Assembly (NCBI GenBank): GCA_036172245.1 | Contig: JAYWIR010000019.1 | Location: 992,001 to 1,056,000 of the forward strand | Origin: Raillietiella orientalis | Taxonomy: Eukaryota | Length of the DNA stretch: 64,000 nt | Direction: 5' to 3' | Part shown: piece after piece, positions 13,001 through 28,300 of the stretch | Position numbering within the stretch: position 1 is the first letter of the stretch | How the letters are laid out: each line of letters begins with the position of its first letter | Notes under the pieces: generated by a model | Seen by the model: the letters and a program-made list of their open reading frames with translations, nothing else | Told to the model about the DNA's origin: nothing | Databases searched by the model: none | Position numbers and translations under genes: made by a program

Positions 13001-16000
13001 CATTTTCTTGTACCATTCTTGTAATCTTTTTGGTTTTGGTATCTTCTGCTCAGTTGGGTGAGAATGAAAGATATAATCATCCCCTTCACTAGGTGGACAG
13101 GCCCATATGTGGGCCATAGTATACCTGAAATAAATGGGTCAAAACAAAATAAACAGGTAAACCTGTAGATTTACCCTAGCTGCTTGACATAATCTAAATA
13201 ACCCAAAAGGATCTCATGGTAAACAGCAGTACGAAACTGTTTTGGGCGGAAAAAATGCACAGAATCGAGATATGCTATGTAAACACGTCTGGTGTTGGGC
13301 TGTGGGCACTCAGAACCATATTCTTGAACATGCATTCCAAAAAAACAGACATCAGCACCATCAATGTCTTCAAAAGCAAATAATGCCTTTGCTCGATATG
13401 GAAAGGTATCTGGAAGTTCTCCAACATTGTCAACAAATCTGTTCTTCATTCCTGGTTTCACTTCGACAAATTTATCGGAACTCGACACAACACGAATAAA
13501 AACTTCTCCTGAACCGGATTCTCTCTTCTTGAGAAAATTATTCACTCGTGCTTCGATATAGGCACTTAATTTGGTCTGTGGCAATTTTTTCGAACTGTAT
13601 TTATTTTCCTTCCTCTTTAATCCTTTGGCTTTCAGGCAAGTATCACAAGTAAATCCTTGTGGCCAAATGCTATCCAGATGTAAAATACAAATCTGGTGAA
13701 GCTTTCTTCCACATCCTATGCAATCTACTAATACTTCTTGCTCCAAAGCATCATTCTTCATGGCAACAAATTCCTCTTTACGAATTTGCCTGGGGATAAA
13801 AACAATACAAAAGCCACAGAGGATTTTTTCTTACGTTTGAGGTTGGGTTGGATCATCACCCAATGTTACCGTGTCTCCAGGTATTTCGCTAAAGCACTTT
13901 TGACAGAAAGTGTACCTGAAGCAAAGTATGCACTTGATACAAGAAAAGCACTGATGGTTCACAAACCTATTCTGATAGCTCCAGTATTTGGCATCACGGG
14001 GTATAGTACACAGCTGCTGTCCATAACAGCACAAAGTCTGAGGATTAAACACGTACTTTCTACCACAGCAGTAGCCTAAACTTTGCATAACGGGGTCAAT
14101 TTCTGTTTCAAACACTTCAGCCAACTAAATTGGTAAAATGATTAAAATGACTTTTCATGCTGCTGCCTATCTTACCTTGCTACAATATCTGTACACGCGA
14201 GATGTCTTTCTGTTGTACAACCAGGCATTATCAAACATCAACCATACATCGTCCACATAATCCCAGGGATCCGTATATTGACCTGTATCTAATTTGCGTT
14301 TAATGGTCGATAAATCCATGGGTTTTTTGATTATATCGAAATAATCTGGAATGCCTAAGGCTTGAGGATCTACTGGCTGGCGAAAGGGGAGAGACTCTGG
14401 ATCTTGGCGATAAAGTTTTTCCAAAGTTGGCATCAGTGCTTGCCTCAATTCATCTGGCTTGAACACTGCAAAGCATCATGAGTGAAACTACCAACACAAC
14501 ACTACTAACTAAGTTCTTAATGAAAATGAACTAGCTTGCTTTGTGATCTCTTTTTACCCTAGTTTAATAATAATGTATACTGAAAACTTACATGGTTTCT
14601 TTGGCTTGGTAATTTGGGCACATGAGATCTCAGAAGCTGCAGATCTATTCTCGCAGTCTTTTGTATCACATGAAATTGATTTTGGTTCCTCTTTGATAGC
14701 AACAGTCTCTTCTAGAATTCACGTTCAGTAAATAATGGCGCTCAAAACCTATTCACAAACCTTTGACTAAAGTTGAATCCAAGGAAAAGTTTTCATTCTT
14801 GATGTTTTCGATGGTGCCTAACTTTATCTTTTCTTCATAATATTCGCACGTATCCAACTGTTTGCCGATTCCTTTTCGACTCTGCACGGATGCTTCACAT
14901 TTATTTTCAGTGTTTTCAAGTTTCTTATCTGCAAAGGTCTTATTGGTTTCTCCAGGTGTTTCACATATATTGCTTTTGCAGAAAAATTTGTCATTCTTAC
15001 TCGGGACAAGCTCTTGAATGATAACCTACATAAATCAATAACTTCCATCTGCCTATGAGTCAATCTTTCTCGTTACCTGTTGCCCTTTGAATGGTATGAA
15101 GGATCGATTACTGCCAACAGATGAATCTCCACTTGAATTGGGGATAAGCTGACCAGAAGAGGAAGTTTCAGAAGTGGGAATTTGGTTGCTGATAAATATT
15201 CCTGTACTGGTATTGCCACAACTAATCGCGGATCCGTTTGGGTCATATTTCTCATGTGATAGTTGGTTCAAGTTATGCTGTGGAGCATTCTGAAGTTGAA
15301 CTGATGGTTGAACTTGGGTAAACTGCAAACGTTGCTGTTGCTTCTGTTGCGGTTTCGGAGGTACAATATCCGAAAACTGAGAAGGATGAATGCTGATTGG
15401 CTTCCCGAATTGATTTCTGGATCCCATGGATGCTTCGGTTAGGTTAGAAACTGACGAATAAATAATCGTATTCTCCGATGGTGCCAAGCTTTGAGAGCTT
15501 GAAACAACAGACATAACTACATTTGGATGCTGGCTCAAAGCGGTGTTGATTTGGGAGGGTGATAACACATCTGCACGTATTTGTGCTGTACGCACTGTTG
15601 TATTTAATCCAATACCAGCTGGCTGAACAGGAAATCCTACAAAGCATGTTGGAAATACAACACACAATTTGCACTGTCATTTTACCAGGTGATTGTGTGC
15701 GTAGGGCAGTCATGCGCTGCGGAGTTGAATTACTTGGAGAACTTTGGAAATTACTTTGCGAAATCACAGCAGTGGGTCTGGTGAGACCTGTTGAAAGGGC
15801 AGCAAGTTGATTTGAAGCAATATTCGTTAACTGTGTGTTAGAGGGTGATCCAGCAGAGAGAGAAAGCACGCCTGAACACTTAGCGGCACTTTCCTTTCGT
15901 TTTTGCCTTTTTTCTTCTAAAAAGCAATATGGTCAAGAGATTACTATCATTAATAATTACCTTTACCTAATTCTTTTTGAATTTTATAGATTTTTTCGGC

Positions 16001-19000
16001 CAACAGATGATAATATTCGGACTAAAAACACAAACACATGTATTGGGAACATGAGTTTCTTTTCAATTTACCCTTGAATTAGCCATCTTATACATGTCAC
16101 CTTCTACTTTACGAGCATAGGCGACGAGATTCTGCATGCGGCGATCCAATAATGCAACAGGATCAGGACTTGGAAAAATTGCTTGTACTCTAAAACATTG
16201 GGATTGGTGGAAACTAAGGGTACACCATGTTGTTAACAATACATACAGCTTCTGTACTAAATGATTGCGCAAATCTGGAGTCACACTTTGATGCCATTCT
16301 TTGGTACCTTGTATGGGTGCTGCATTCACTTGAGAAGATTGCAAATGTATTGCAGTATTGATTCTAGAATCCACATTATTGCCTGTAGACTACAAAATAA
16401 AACCAAATCAAACAAAGGTGCCTTACAGAACTTTTAGGATCTTGAAAAATACATAATTTTGCATCAATTAGCTGAACATTTGCCCAACGTCAATACGTTT
16501 AGCATTTTTTATAAAACATATACACGATTCCCCAATTCATTTCATCTAACATTAAGTGAATAGGGAAAAAGTAACAACCAGAATACTTTTAGATATCTTC
16601 AAGCCTGCTAAGTTTCTGTATCCACATATCATTTGCCTAGAAATTACCAACTGGTTTGAATGAATATTCATGTGATTCAACTCCGTATAAAGATCGAAGA
16701 GTTGGCTTTACTGATATATCGTGCTTAATAAATTCAACGCCAATCAGATTTTACTGAATACAAAAGATATTTTTTGAGCAATTTTTTTGCACAACCCTAG
16801 TAATATTTGGAATTGATCGAGTGATTGTTCTTTTGTTTCAAATCAAGTCTACATTTAAAGGGTAAAAATTCGTGGGAAAACTTTTCATGATGCCAAAGTT
16901 TGTGATAAAGCTGTACCAACAAGTTCAAAATGCTAATACAAAAATCACATTGGCAAAATCCGATCGTTGCCAAATTGAAACAAATGAAAAGTTATACAAC
17001 CACATGCATATTCAGTCATTTATAGTAATCAAGTGGACCCTTGCAATTCAATCAAATATCTAATTTTTGATGGAAGATTCAATGAAACACATGGAACATA
17101 CTCTAAGTGGAGTTCTCTGTTGACCAAGGGATGTGAATGAAGGATTCTGTAGCTGATTGGAATTCAATATATTAGATGCTTGTTGAATTCCCTGATGCAA
17201 TGAAGAATTATTAACTTCTGGTCTTGTTTGCTGTATAGCAGAAATTGAAGTACCAAGCATTGAAGGATGAAGCAACCTATGTTGTTGGCTCAAGGTATTT
17301 GACATTGTGGCTGAATTCAAATTACTGGTGTTTAACATCATAGCTTGACTGACTGATTGTATGGACCCTCCAGGATTATTATATGTCAATCCTAAAGAAT
17401 CATATGCTCTTTTAATTTCATTTTGTGTTGGACCGATTGTAGTACTACGAGTAACAGCAACAGCAGAAATTGATGATGGGGGAAGATTGGAAGCTGCAAC
17501 ATTCAAATCATAGATCAACATTTCATAACCTACTTTCTCATCATATTTACCAGATGCAGTGTTGCTTCTTTTATCAGCCTGTTTCAAAGGCAAACAGACT
17601 GGACAGTCAGGTCTTGTACAACTTTTCCAGTGGGAAATAATCTGACGTGATGATGCACAATGTGGCACAGGGCAGTTCTTCCCCATTTGGCAGGTAGTCA
17701 TATGTGTCAGCACATCTTTCATTGTTTTGCAGTGGGGTAGTACGCATTGCGTAATTTCTCCGTTGCCTGCTTGTTTTTCACGACGTTGGCATTTATGTGC
17801 ATGCAACAAAAGAACAAGCTGCTGTTGTATAAGTTTTCTTCTTTCCGGATCTGCTGCAGAATTGGTTGTTTGTGTCGACGCTCCGCTGTTTATGGTATTT
17901 CCAGACTGGAATGAAGCATGTGGATCATAACTTTCCATCATGACATTATAACAGCCATTCTATAACAATATAAATACTCCTATCAATCAATACAACTTTG
18001 TTAATTCACATGAACACGTTGCTATTAAAAGCAAAACTGCACCAAAGAGGGCACACCCGCGAATTAATAACAAATTACTCGTAACGGGAAGCAGCAGAGG
18101 AAAAATGGGGGAAATTGGCTAACAAAATACTTAAATGAACTACGCATCAACATGAAATGAAGAGAACATTACAAAGCAAAATACACCAAAAATACACGCA
18201 CTTGAAACCGAACAATTTCAACGTGTATATCAGGTATGCAATGTATAAACGTCATGTTCCAGTACCATACGAAGTCACTCCTAGCAAAAATCGCAACTGA
18301 GTTTTTTTTAATTATAAACCACCTTCGTCTGAATTGTAGGAGACCATGTTTACTCCCCGTGTTTCAGTTGCGCTTTTATGCTACCTAAAATGTATAGTTC
18401 AGTCATTTTCTATCTCTTTATAAGTCACTGTATAAAGGAAAATACTGATAAATTTCCAGATGGCCATTACATGCTAAAAGCTTTAGATTCTGATGAAACG
18501 AGATGATAGATGATGGTAAATAGGTGATTCAGTGCAGTCATTATAATGAATTTAAGGTTGAAAAGTGAGCACTCATAGCATAAAAACGAGGTTATATCAT
18601 GGATTCTAAATCTTAGTAGCCACAATGAAAACTTGTGAATGCTGATGATGATAGAGGGCAAACACCTTCAATTGCTAGGAAGACTACTGCCAGCATCAGT
18701 AGTTGCAGGCAATGAGATTCTGAAATGCCAGTTACTTACTTTCTTTGATTATAGGCATCAGTAGACAGAAATAGAGGGAGGACCAAGAAAATAGTTTGGG
18801 GATTAAAAAAAAAAACCTTGCTTTGACTGCAAAACTTAGATGAGATCGAGGGACAAACAGACAACAAAACAGAAAACTGAAACAATCACAAACCAACATT
18901 GAATAAATACCTGTTTCGAATAAAACTTTTTAGCAACTAAACTAATTTTATGAAAGCTCACAGGCAGAAAGTGTCCAGATCATAGGATTACATTTATAAA

Positions 19001-22000
19001 AGCAGTCAGTCAGCCTGAAAGCTGAAAGAATCTGCATGAATTTAACTTAAAACGATGACCTTTGTCATCAACCACTGAAGAAGCAAGTAAAAAATTTAAT
19101 AGAGCAGCATTATCCAACAAGATTTTTTCAATTCATAAAATCAGGGTGTGCAGAAGAACCACTTTAGATGTAAGCAAAACATAAGAACTAATGTGAACAA
19201 ATGATTTGAAACTACTGAAAATACTTCAACATCGTTTTCATTAAGATGTGCTTACACATAACATGAATAAAACACTATGAAACTTGAAAAGCATGTTAAC
19301 CAATCAAGATGCATCTCTTTCTCCAAAATCATCACATGATTGTACGAATGAGGGAGAACAAATCTAACTAAAAAGTTGACAAGCTTTATAATTGGAAAAT
19401 GAGTCATTTCAGTGTGGCACAGGAACAATTAAATGCACTGAGGAAATGTTTTTTCTGAGAAAAATTTAAACTGGGAGGATCGGAAATACTAGAACAGAGT
19501 CAATCCTGAAACAGTGAAATTTTTCAGGCCCTACTTTGCCACTTCCAGAATTACAATACGGCTGTCATGAAAGTGAAGGTGGGAACAGAGAATTATTCCA
19601 AGAAAGATATGCGTCTGGAGTCATTAAACTAAAAAAACTGAATGAATCAACGAGCAAACAGGGCGTGTTATTCATTATTACTCAATCTCAATCCGGTTTA
19701 AACTTTTGAGTGTGGTACAAGAGCCAACAGTCTTATTTAACATCCCAAAATATTAAGTGAATCTAACAAATGAAAACTACATCTATACTGGGAGTCAAGT
19801 TTTGAGAGGGGGCACACAGGGCGTAAAAATAGAACACGCACATACTTTGCTTGCTAGAAAGAAGCCTGTATCAATTTTGTAATGTTTAGGTTGAATGTTA
19901 TGCATCTCCATCTCTAAAATCATCGCATGATTGTATGAATGAGGGAGAACAAATCTAACTAAAAAGTTGACAAGCTTTATAATTGGAAAATGAGTCATTT
20001 CAGTGTGGCACAGGAACAATTAAATGCACTGAGGAAGATTGAATGTTATGCAAATTTTCCCTTGGTACTAAACGAACCCTGGATTCACTTAGTACCATGG
20101 ATACCAGACTAGAGTCTTGGGTCATTACAAACATAAAATGATTCCATGATTAGCTGCCATCTGCCTATAATCTGACTGAAAAGAATTTGCGATACGTGCA
20201 TTAATTTAATGCTGATGTCATAATAAGAAGTAGAATGGCAAATGTGTAATGCAAAAATCTAAACTGCATGAAAACTAAGTTTATTATAATTAAAATTTCC
20301 CAACTATTTATTTCACTTAAATGCTTAAATGTGAACAGAAAAATTGCAACAACATAAAATTAAAAGCAAACCAGTGAAACACAACGTCTTATTTAGAACT
20401 CAAAACAAAAACAGATTAAGTGATTAACTGAGCATGACTTATGGGTCACAGAAAACTAACAATAAAAATTTAATTATGATTTATCACATTTTTTACTTAA
20501 GATGCTTAAAATATCCCAACGTGCGAATAGTTTATTCATTCCATGCATACACAGTGTATCTGCATCATAAATGCACACATGGTTGATCGACGCTTGGAAA
20601 CAAAACTTGACAGAAATATATGGCATTAATACTAATGTATAATCATTACTTTGTGGAATTTTCAAGGATAAATATTCAATTTGGCATACATAAACATAAG
20701 AAAATACCAATACAATAATAATAGTTGTTTACATTGCAAAGTGTAAATAACAGAAAGAAAGAAATGCCTAAAAAGTTACCAGGAAAATGGAAATCATTTT
20801 CATCAGTTCCAAAAGAAACATTAAATGATGCAAAAGAGACATGGAACTTTTATGAATGAAACACAGTGAAGATCTTTTCATGAAATTGCTGCAACATATT
20901 AAAGTTATATGAATATCAAATTTTCCACAGTCTATATATTCTACATATTCATATTATTAACAGTAACAGAATTATGTCACAATAAAATCTTAAGTTTTGC
21001 TTAAAATTTCTGGAACCTCAAATCAGACCTAGATGAAACATTTCATGAAAGAAACAAAAAACTGATTTGAAAACCCACATAGCAGGAATACATTTTAAAA
21101 GATTTCAGATACAAAATAAACAGAAGCACATCAATTCTGCAAGACAATGCTGCTAGAGATTTCCTCTTTAAATCTTAAGTAAATTATTTTAAATGAAATA
21201 CACTTATGTAATATGCATTTTGATAAAAATAAAAAAAACAAAGTCCCTTATAATGCAAAGGATTCAGAAACCGTGCAATTCATTTGAGGAAAGTTTTTCT
21301 TTTTCTTTTTAAACCACACAAATTTCTGCAGCAATTACATGAAAAACAAAAGATTTTTTTTGCCAATTCACATTACCTGCTGCTGATGTCGATTCGTTTG
21401 AAAATTTTGGTTCACAGCCATTGCATTAGAATCCACAGATGCCATATACCTTTGAGGAATTCCAATTGAAGCATTTGATCGTGGCAAATTTAGAGAAACA
21501 GTTGTCTGGGTTTGACCCAAGTTATTCAACCCACTACTAACATTAGGATATGGATATGGATTTCCTACTGCACTTGAACATCTTTGAATTATGCCTCCAG
21601 ATCCCTGAAAGGTAATTAAATAAAAAAATTAGCGAATATACGTATGCAACTAATTTCTTTCTTTCTTTTTTGTGGATGTCAAAGTGCAAACATCCCAAAA
21701 TAGTTATGTAAAATCAAGAACAACATGAAAACTGCCTAAAATTAAATACTACCAATTAAGAACATTATTAATTTCATTAAATTATAAAGTGGTAACTGTA
21801 ACACGCTGTTACTTTTACAACCAGTAAGTCATAACTGCATAAGATACAATAAATATATAACAGTTAGCTGTAACAGTACTAATGAAATCCATCAAGCAGA
21901 AACTAGAGGACAGTTATGCCTTTGCAGTTTTTTGGACTCTATAACGAAATTGCTTTGTTAGCAGTTTTTACCTTTAGAAGATGTAACATTCAAATTTGTT

Positions 22001-25000
22001 TTGTAGAATATATTTCAGGAAAAAACATGAATTTAACAATTACCACTTTTAATGCATTTAATGATTAATAGTTGAATCCCAAAACATCCATGTAGCTGTT
22101 TATATCATTCCATTTTAGTAACAGTAATATGTAATCAATCAAGGAACATCTTTTCCTCATGCATTAATTAGATTTGGAAGACAACAGTTTTTAAATTATT
22201 TTTGAGATTAGAGAGTCATGAAACAAACACTTTGCTATCACATACTTCAATGATATAAACATACTGCTTAAATCTGGTTACTTATAAAAGCATATTTAAA
22301 GTACTCCTATCTAATTAATGTTGAACAGTAGTATCGGATATGAAATGCACGCACAAAAAACACCAAATCATAAACGAATTTACTTGAAAATTACTCTTCC
22401 AATGGCTTACATACACTTATGATATGACATTTTGGCAAGCATGCAAATAATCTCTTGAATAACACCTTGCTTTTAAAAAATTAAATAATAAATCATTAAA
22501 AATAATTATTTAATTTTTAAAGCCAGAATTGATGCAGAAATGTTAACTCTTACTATTGCGACTATATAATGAAACATAACTTCATTATTTGCGTGAAATT
22601 TAAAAGCAATTGACACATGAATGAATCTGAGAAAGATCAAGAGCATTACACATACAATGAATGACATAATGACTAAAGTATTTACCAATGTCTGATTGCC
22701 TACATGAATGGCAACTTGCTGGGCAGGAACTTGAGTTCTGATATTTCCAAGCTGATGCTGAATGCTACTATTGACAACATTAACAGAACGAGAAACCAAG
22801 CTGCTTGAATTTGTCATGCCTGGGCCATTGGCCAAGTGTCCAACATTACCAAGAGACATGTTCCCATTTACACTAACACTTGTTGAATTTAACAAAGGTG
22901 ATGATTTTGAAAATGCAACAGAAGGCGAAGATGAAGCATTTAAGGTTGGATTCATGGCACTCGTATTAACATTTGAATTATTCAAAATCATGTTATTCGC
23001 AGCTGAAGGCATATCACCAGAATTCATACAGTTTAGACCTAACGTTGAAGTTGCAGCTCCAGTATGAGCATTCATTACTGATAAGGTAGCAGCTGATGCT
23101 AAATTATTTATAGATGCCGTGTTTTCACTGATGTGCAATGATGTGCTAGTTGGATTCTTACAACCACCAGAAGATATGGGGGATAACTGATTGGACGAAT
23201 GTGGACTACGCACATTATTTAAAGTAACCACACTGGCAGCAGGATTACTTTGCATGCTATTTTCAGGAATATTTGCTGAATGATTATTTGTTAGAATACA
23301 TGTTGATTTTCCTTGCAGCAAATGATTTCTGGGGTTTAAACGATGACCATGGCATGTTGAAACTGCTTCTCCAACTTGCTGAGCATTCATGGAGTTACCC
23401 ACGGATTCAACAATCCCATTGAGCATTCCAGACCCTACAGAAGTCACAATCAAATTGGCAGTTGGATTCTTGGGTTCTGGATTGTTCCAAGATGCTGTAT
23501 TCATTAATTCATCAGGGAGACTTTTTTCAATATCAAAAGATATGTTGGCCAAGTCATACATATCTGGAAAAATTGGCAATTGGTTACTGGAGAAAATGTC
23601 ATTTTATTTTTATTTTTTTAAAAAACAACACAATGTTCCTTGATGACCAGCTGAAAAATATGAAAGCAGAACTTATAAAAATTTAATGACAATCAAACCT
23701 TATCTTTGCTAACTTGTTGAAGCCCAAATCTATAGATAACCAAAACATTCAGGTTTTAATATAGGCAAAGGAAAATGTACTCAAATGTTTTTCATAGACA
23801 ATTTAATTTTCTTCTCTGTTAGTACAATAACCAATGAAAGTACATAATGGGAAAAACCTCATTCTGCATAGAAAAACTGAAATTTTTGAAAACAGGGCCT
23901 CTCAAAATGCCGGCAATCAAAATATTTTCTAATCCCTACTCACAAGGTATCAAATTTACTAAGTACCGTTTTAAAAAATAATTTAAAAGTTTTTGCTGAA
24001 TTTAAATCGGTGAAAAACAATACATATTTCTTTCACTTTCCTAGAACTAATACTGCAAATTGGAAATAAATACTACTTTCAAAAATAGAGCCATGAACAC
24101 TTTGCTACTCACTCACAATAACTGTGAGTGAATTAAATTTGTTACAATCCAAAATCTAAAATCCACCAAAACAAAAAGTCCTAAGTCTTATGTATTCAAT
24201 AAATTCCTTAGATTCAGTCATCTCCCAGTACCTGCATAACTTTCTAATAAAAATAAATAAAACATTTGCACAAGCATTATTAAAAATCTTAGAAAATCTT
24301 AGAAAATCATTACAGAATTATGGCAAATACATTTCATGATAGCTACATGCATGAATTTTTATCATTGCCTGCTTTTTTGCTTACACTGGAATCCCTTTCC
24401 CATGACACACAAACTCTGTAAAAATAAAGGTAAATCGACTCATTAACTGAAAATCGTGAGAATTTCTTAAATCAATTAAGAAAAATAACTTCATACTGCT
24501 ATTCACAGTTAAGTCAGTGTGAACCAGAAAGACAGTCATCAACCACTACTCTGAACAGAATCTGGGTTAGAAACAAAATTCTATATAAATTAAAATAATT
24601 CTATAAATAAGACAGGTTCTTGGCAGCAATACAAGGAATAAAATAACATAAGCATACAAACAACTAACATAATTACATTCCAATTAGATATCCTAGATTT
24701 AAATCTGATAAATATCCTCTTCCAGATACAAACTGTACATTCTGTGACTTACACCAAATCATGGTATTAAGACAAGAAAAACAAACAAACAATTCACACT
24801 TGAGATTCACAAGATGCTTGAATGAATGCTTTCATTACATGAAGACATTATGGATGTTGGAATCATTATTAAAATGCATACAATTTTTTTGGAGTTCAAT
24901 ATGAACCCAAGACAATTACTGAAATTGAGAAACCTGCAATGAATTATCCATACTCAGTGCTGATCAAATTACAGAATTTTTGATACCTGTTGCTTGTAAT

Positions 25001-25315
25001 TTATTTTTAGACATACATATTTTTTAAGAGACTGTGAATACCTGTACAAGAATAAGCTGATTTTACAAAAATGTCGCAACAAAATGTCGGATTCTGTTGT
25101 GATTAAGTGAACCACTATGAACATGAAAAATAAATTATCAATAACAACACATATTCTGTTATCAATACCGATAAATTAGAATTTATGATATCTTAACAAA
25201 CAAATACTGCACATGAACATGTATTACCTGTATTTGTGGGGTCAGTTGAGGAAGAAAAAGTGCCTTCTAATTTGCTTCTTTTTGACGGTGGTTCCTCAAC
25301 TAGATGTTCTGCCAT
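10045..25315 (-). CDS. CBP: CREB-binding protein / p300 histone acetyltransferase (nejire orthologue), about 2467 aa
   Basis: 23 phase-consistent coding exons: 25315-25228 ([16 protein letters not shown]), 23563-22686, 21604-21377, 17959-17551 (TAZ1, [15 protein letters not shown]), 17493-17102, 16389-16247, 16189-16072, 16021-15967 (KIX), 15916-15686, 15636-15077, 15025-14761, 14711-14592, 14465-14176 (bromodomain), 14124-13967, 13915-13835, 13789-13175, 13124-12959, 12908-12723, 12673-12452 ([23 protein letters not shown]), 12402-12172, 12114-11788 (ZZ, TAZ2), 11733-11407, 11358-10045 ([20 protein letters not shown]-terminal LSKFVDTL). Total 7404 nt, divisible by 3. Confidence 0.97.
19321..20052. 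repeat. About 125-bp direct duplication in a CBP intron (19321-19445 and 19912-20036); second copy flanked by a 14-bp direct repeat
   Basis: The two copies are nearly identical. ttgaatgttatgca occurs at 19891-19904 and 20039-20052. Confidence 0.93.
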
Positions 25316-28300
25316 ATTAATTTCTTTTAAAAATTACTCGATCATCTTTTTTGCAAACTAAAGACAAAATAAAAACATTTCAAGCAATTAGAAAAAATCA
25401 ATGCATTCATGATTTGGACGCTTTGCAAATCAGACTGTTAAAAAATTTTCTAATTCAAGTAAAGATAGCTTAAAGCTACATAAATGAATGCACTGTGAAA
25501 CAAAATGCAACTTGCAGAAAACGGAAATAATGACTGATTTAAAAATATGCATGTTTATTTAATCCCCTTTAGAAAAAATTTGCAAATAATTATGAGCTTT
25601 GTTCAACATGTATTTCCTAATTCACAGTATACAGGGAAAAACAGAAAAAGAAAAAATACAGCAACAATGATTGGTCTATCTTTGGAAAGTGTCCATGATC
25701 ATTAGATTGCACCAGAAACACATCAAAAGCATGTACAGACATAAAATATGAAATAATAATTTTGATAACCAGAAATAAACACTATACATGAATTACCACT
25801 TGACTGCTTAAATCTACAAGTTGACCTTTTTCACATTTGTATTCATATCTTACATAAGATTAAGTTAAAAAAGGTACCAAATAAAAATAATGCCCCCAAA
25901 TATATTTTCATATGCTTCTGAATCTACAATGTGTTTCAAGCCAAGTTTTTTTAAAAAACAGCTAATGAATCTAAAGAAAAATGGAAGAAAAAGTAATACG
26001 CAAACCACATTTCTAAACAACTATGCATGCTATAATTCTTCTCAAAACCTAACGAACTTGAACTGTGCCATGTCATAGAACATAAATAACAGAACGAGAA
26101 AAAACAAGAATTTAAGCACAAGTAGGACAATATCTTTTTTCTACAGACGAATAAAGTTTCCAATCCATATAACTAAATACAACACACGGCAACAGATCTA
26201 TCACACATTTTATTCAAGGTGGATTTTCATACACATTAATGGCATAAAAGCAAACAACGCTCAAATATCCTCAAACTTTAAACAAAACAGAAGCACAACA
26301 AAATTTTACTGATGCCACTGTTCTATATCGGAAATTTTACCTTACCACACCAAAACAGCCTAGTTCAGAGATTTCAATAATTAATTCATAACAAAGAGCA
26401 TAAATTTTTCACTCACACATGCAGACACATTAGAAATTAATAACATAACTTGGAACAAGCATATAGTTTACATTGTTCATGAAATTCTAAAGGCTAATAA
26501 AAAATTCGAGAATCAAATATCTTTCAGATGCAAGAAAATGCACAAAGTCAACTTGCAATTTATGTGGTGATTTCTTTCCATAGGTTTATTGAAGAGAGAA
26601 ATTGGGTATGACTGAGACCATATAAATTCGATACTTTCAGAACTAATGAAAGACATTCATGAATAACAAGCACGAAAATCTCAATGTTTGGGAGAATACA
26701 CGTAATTGGAAAGTCAGTTGACAAAATGAAGTTAATGGTGAACCAATTTCAGAAACTTAAGCACCCCTTTGAAAAAATGATACAAAAGAAAGAAAGAGTG
26801 TCAAACGAAATAACGATCTTAAAATAATCTAGACAAATTGATGGGAACAATGCAATGCCTTAAACAACTTAAGCACACTCAAGTTTAGAATAAAAACTTA
26901 AGTTTAACTGAAAAATTGAACACAACAAAAATATTTCAAATCTTTGAAACCTAAATCATATCAATGAAGCATCAAAGAGAAAACCTACATTAACTACTAT
27001 AAAATACAGACAATGCAGTGAACAAGTATCAATATACCTGGTATGAAATTTGAATCACATGTAATCTCCCAAGAGTGACAGTGCATTCAGGAAAATTTAG
27101 AATTCTCTTTCAAGAAGGGCACAGCATGGAAATTTTGGGATCCATCTCGTATTTCTCTTGTACCCTTATTTTTGATATAAGGTATGTTCTTCCATTAGGT
27201 AATAATACATGGACTAGCAATTTAATTAGACAGTTTTTCATGATGAGGATGACATTATGTATACTTATATCAAAACAACAACAACAACAAAAAAAAAGCA
27301 CCTCTAATTTATATCTTGGATCATTCCCAAAGCATCACTCACCATATCCAACTACAAAAGTTTTCATATTAATGCAAAAATCACTTTCTTTATGAAGAAC
27401 ATAAAGAGTGAAACAGCTACATAAATAATATTTGAGCAGCCAAAAAAAATCCTTTTAATACAAAATAAATACATATTCAAAGGTCAATATTTGAAATCAT
27501 AGTTGGCAAGCTATCTTACCTACAACTTCCTAGTTCCAAAACATAACTGATATAACAACCAGTCCATAACCTCTCAATGAAAATATGGATTACACATAAA
27601 GTGACAAGTTTAATGAAGTGAAAACTTTTTTGACACTGATAAAACAAAATATTTTTAAAAATGTCGTTTTTAATTACATGTTATTAAAAGTAGGTTATAA
27701 TCAAACTGCATTGCAACTAATTTGTGAAATCCAAATAAACATGCTGATGCTAGATTTTCAATATGCTGATTGCAATGTATCAAACATTTTACAAAAATTA
27801 AGGGCGAACACTTCTGTTGAAGTGTTCAGTCCCCAAATGATACACACAACCAGTCTTTTGGTCTTTACATGAATACTGAAACAAAATTTTTGCTTTGTGC
27901 AAATCAACATATCAACATTCACTTCAAAGACCAAAAAAAAACTATTGCTTAGCTGGAACACAGATCAAGCCAATTGCAAAATTAATGTATCAGCACCAGT
28001 GGTACCAGCAGAATCAAAAACTTCAAAATAAAAACAAACACAAAAGTACAACCACCACCCGCAACAAAGATACTTCAAGAAACAGAGCATTCATGCAAAT
28101 GATTTCTATGAGAAAGTAACATCTAAAAATGCATGGATATTGAAAAGACTAATCAAAATTTCTAGTTTAAGAAAGTTTACTGTATACAACATTCATGGAA
28201 CAAAGTATATCTTCAAGATAAAACATGTAAATACAATCATTAAGTCTTCTTGACTAACTTTCTCACACATTCATACACAAAATACCATTCACATACACAA

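Noticed and set aside
22506..22685. Hydrophobic 'transmembrane' tail on the 357-aa CBP ORF
   Set aside because: It is read-through into a T-rich intron past the donor at 22685.
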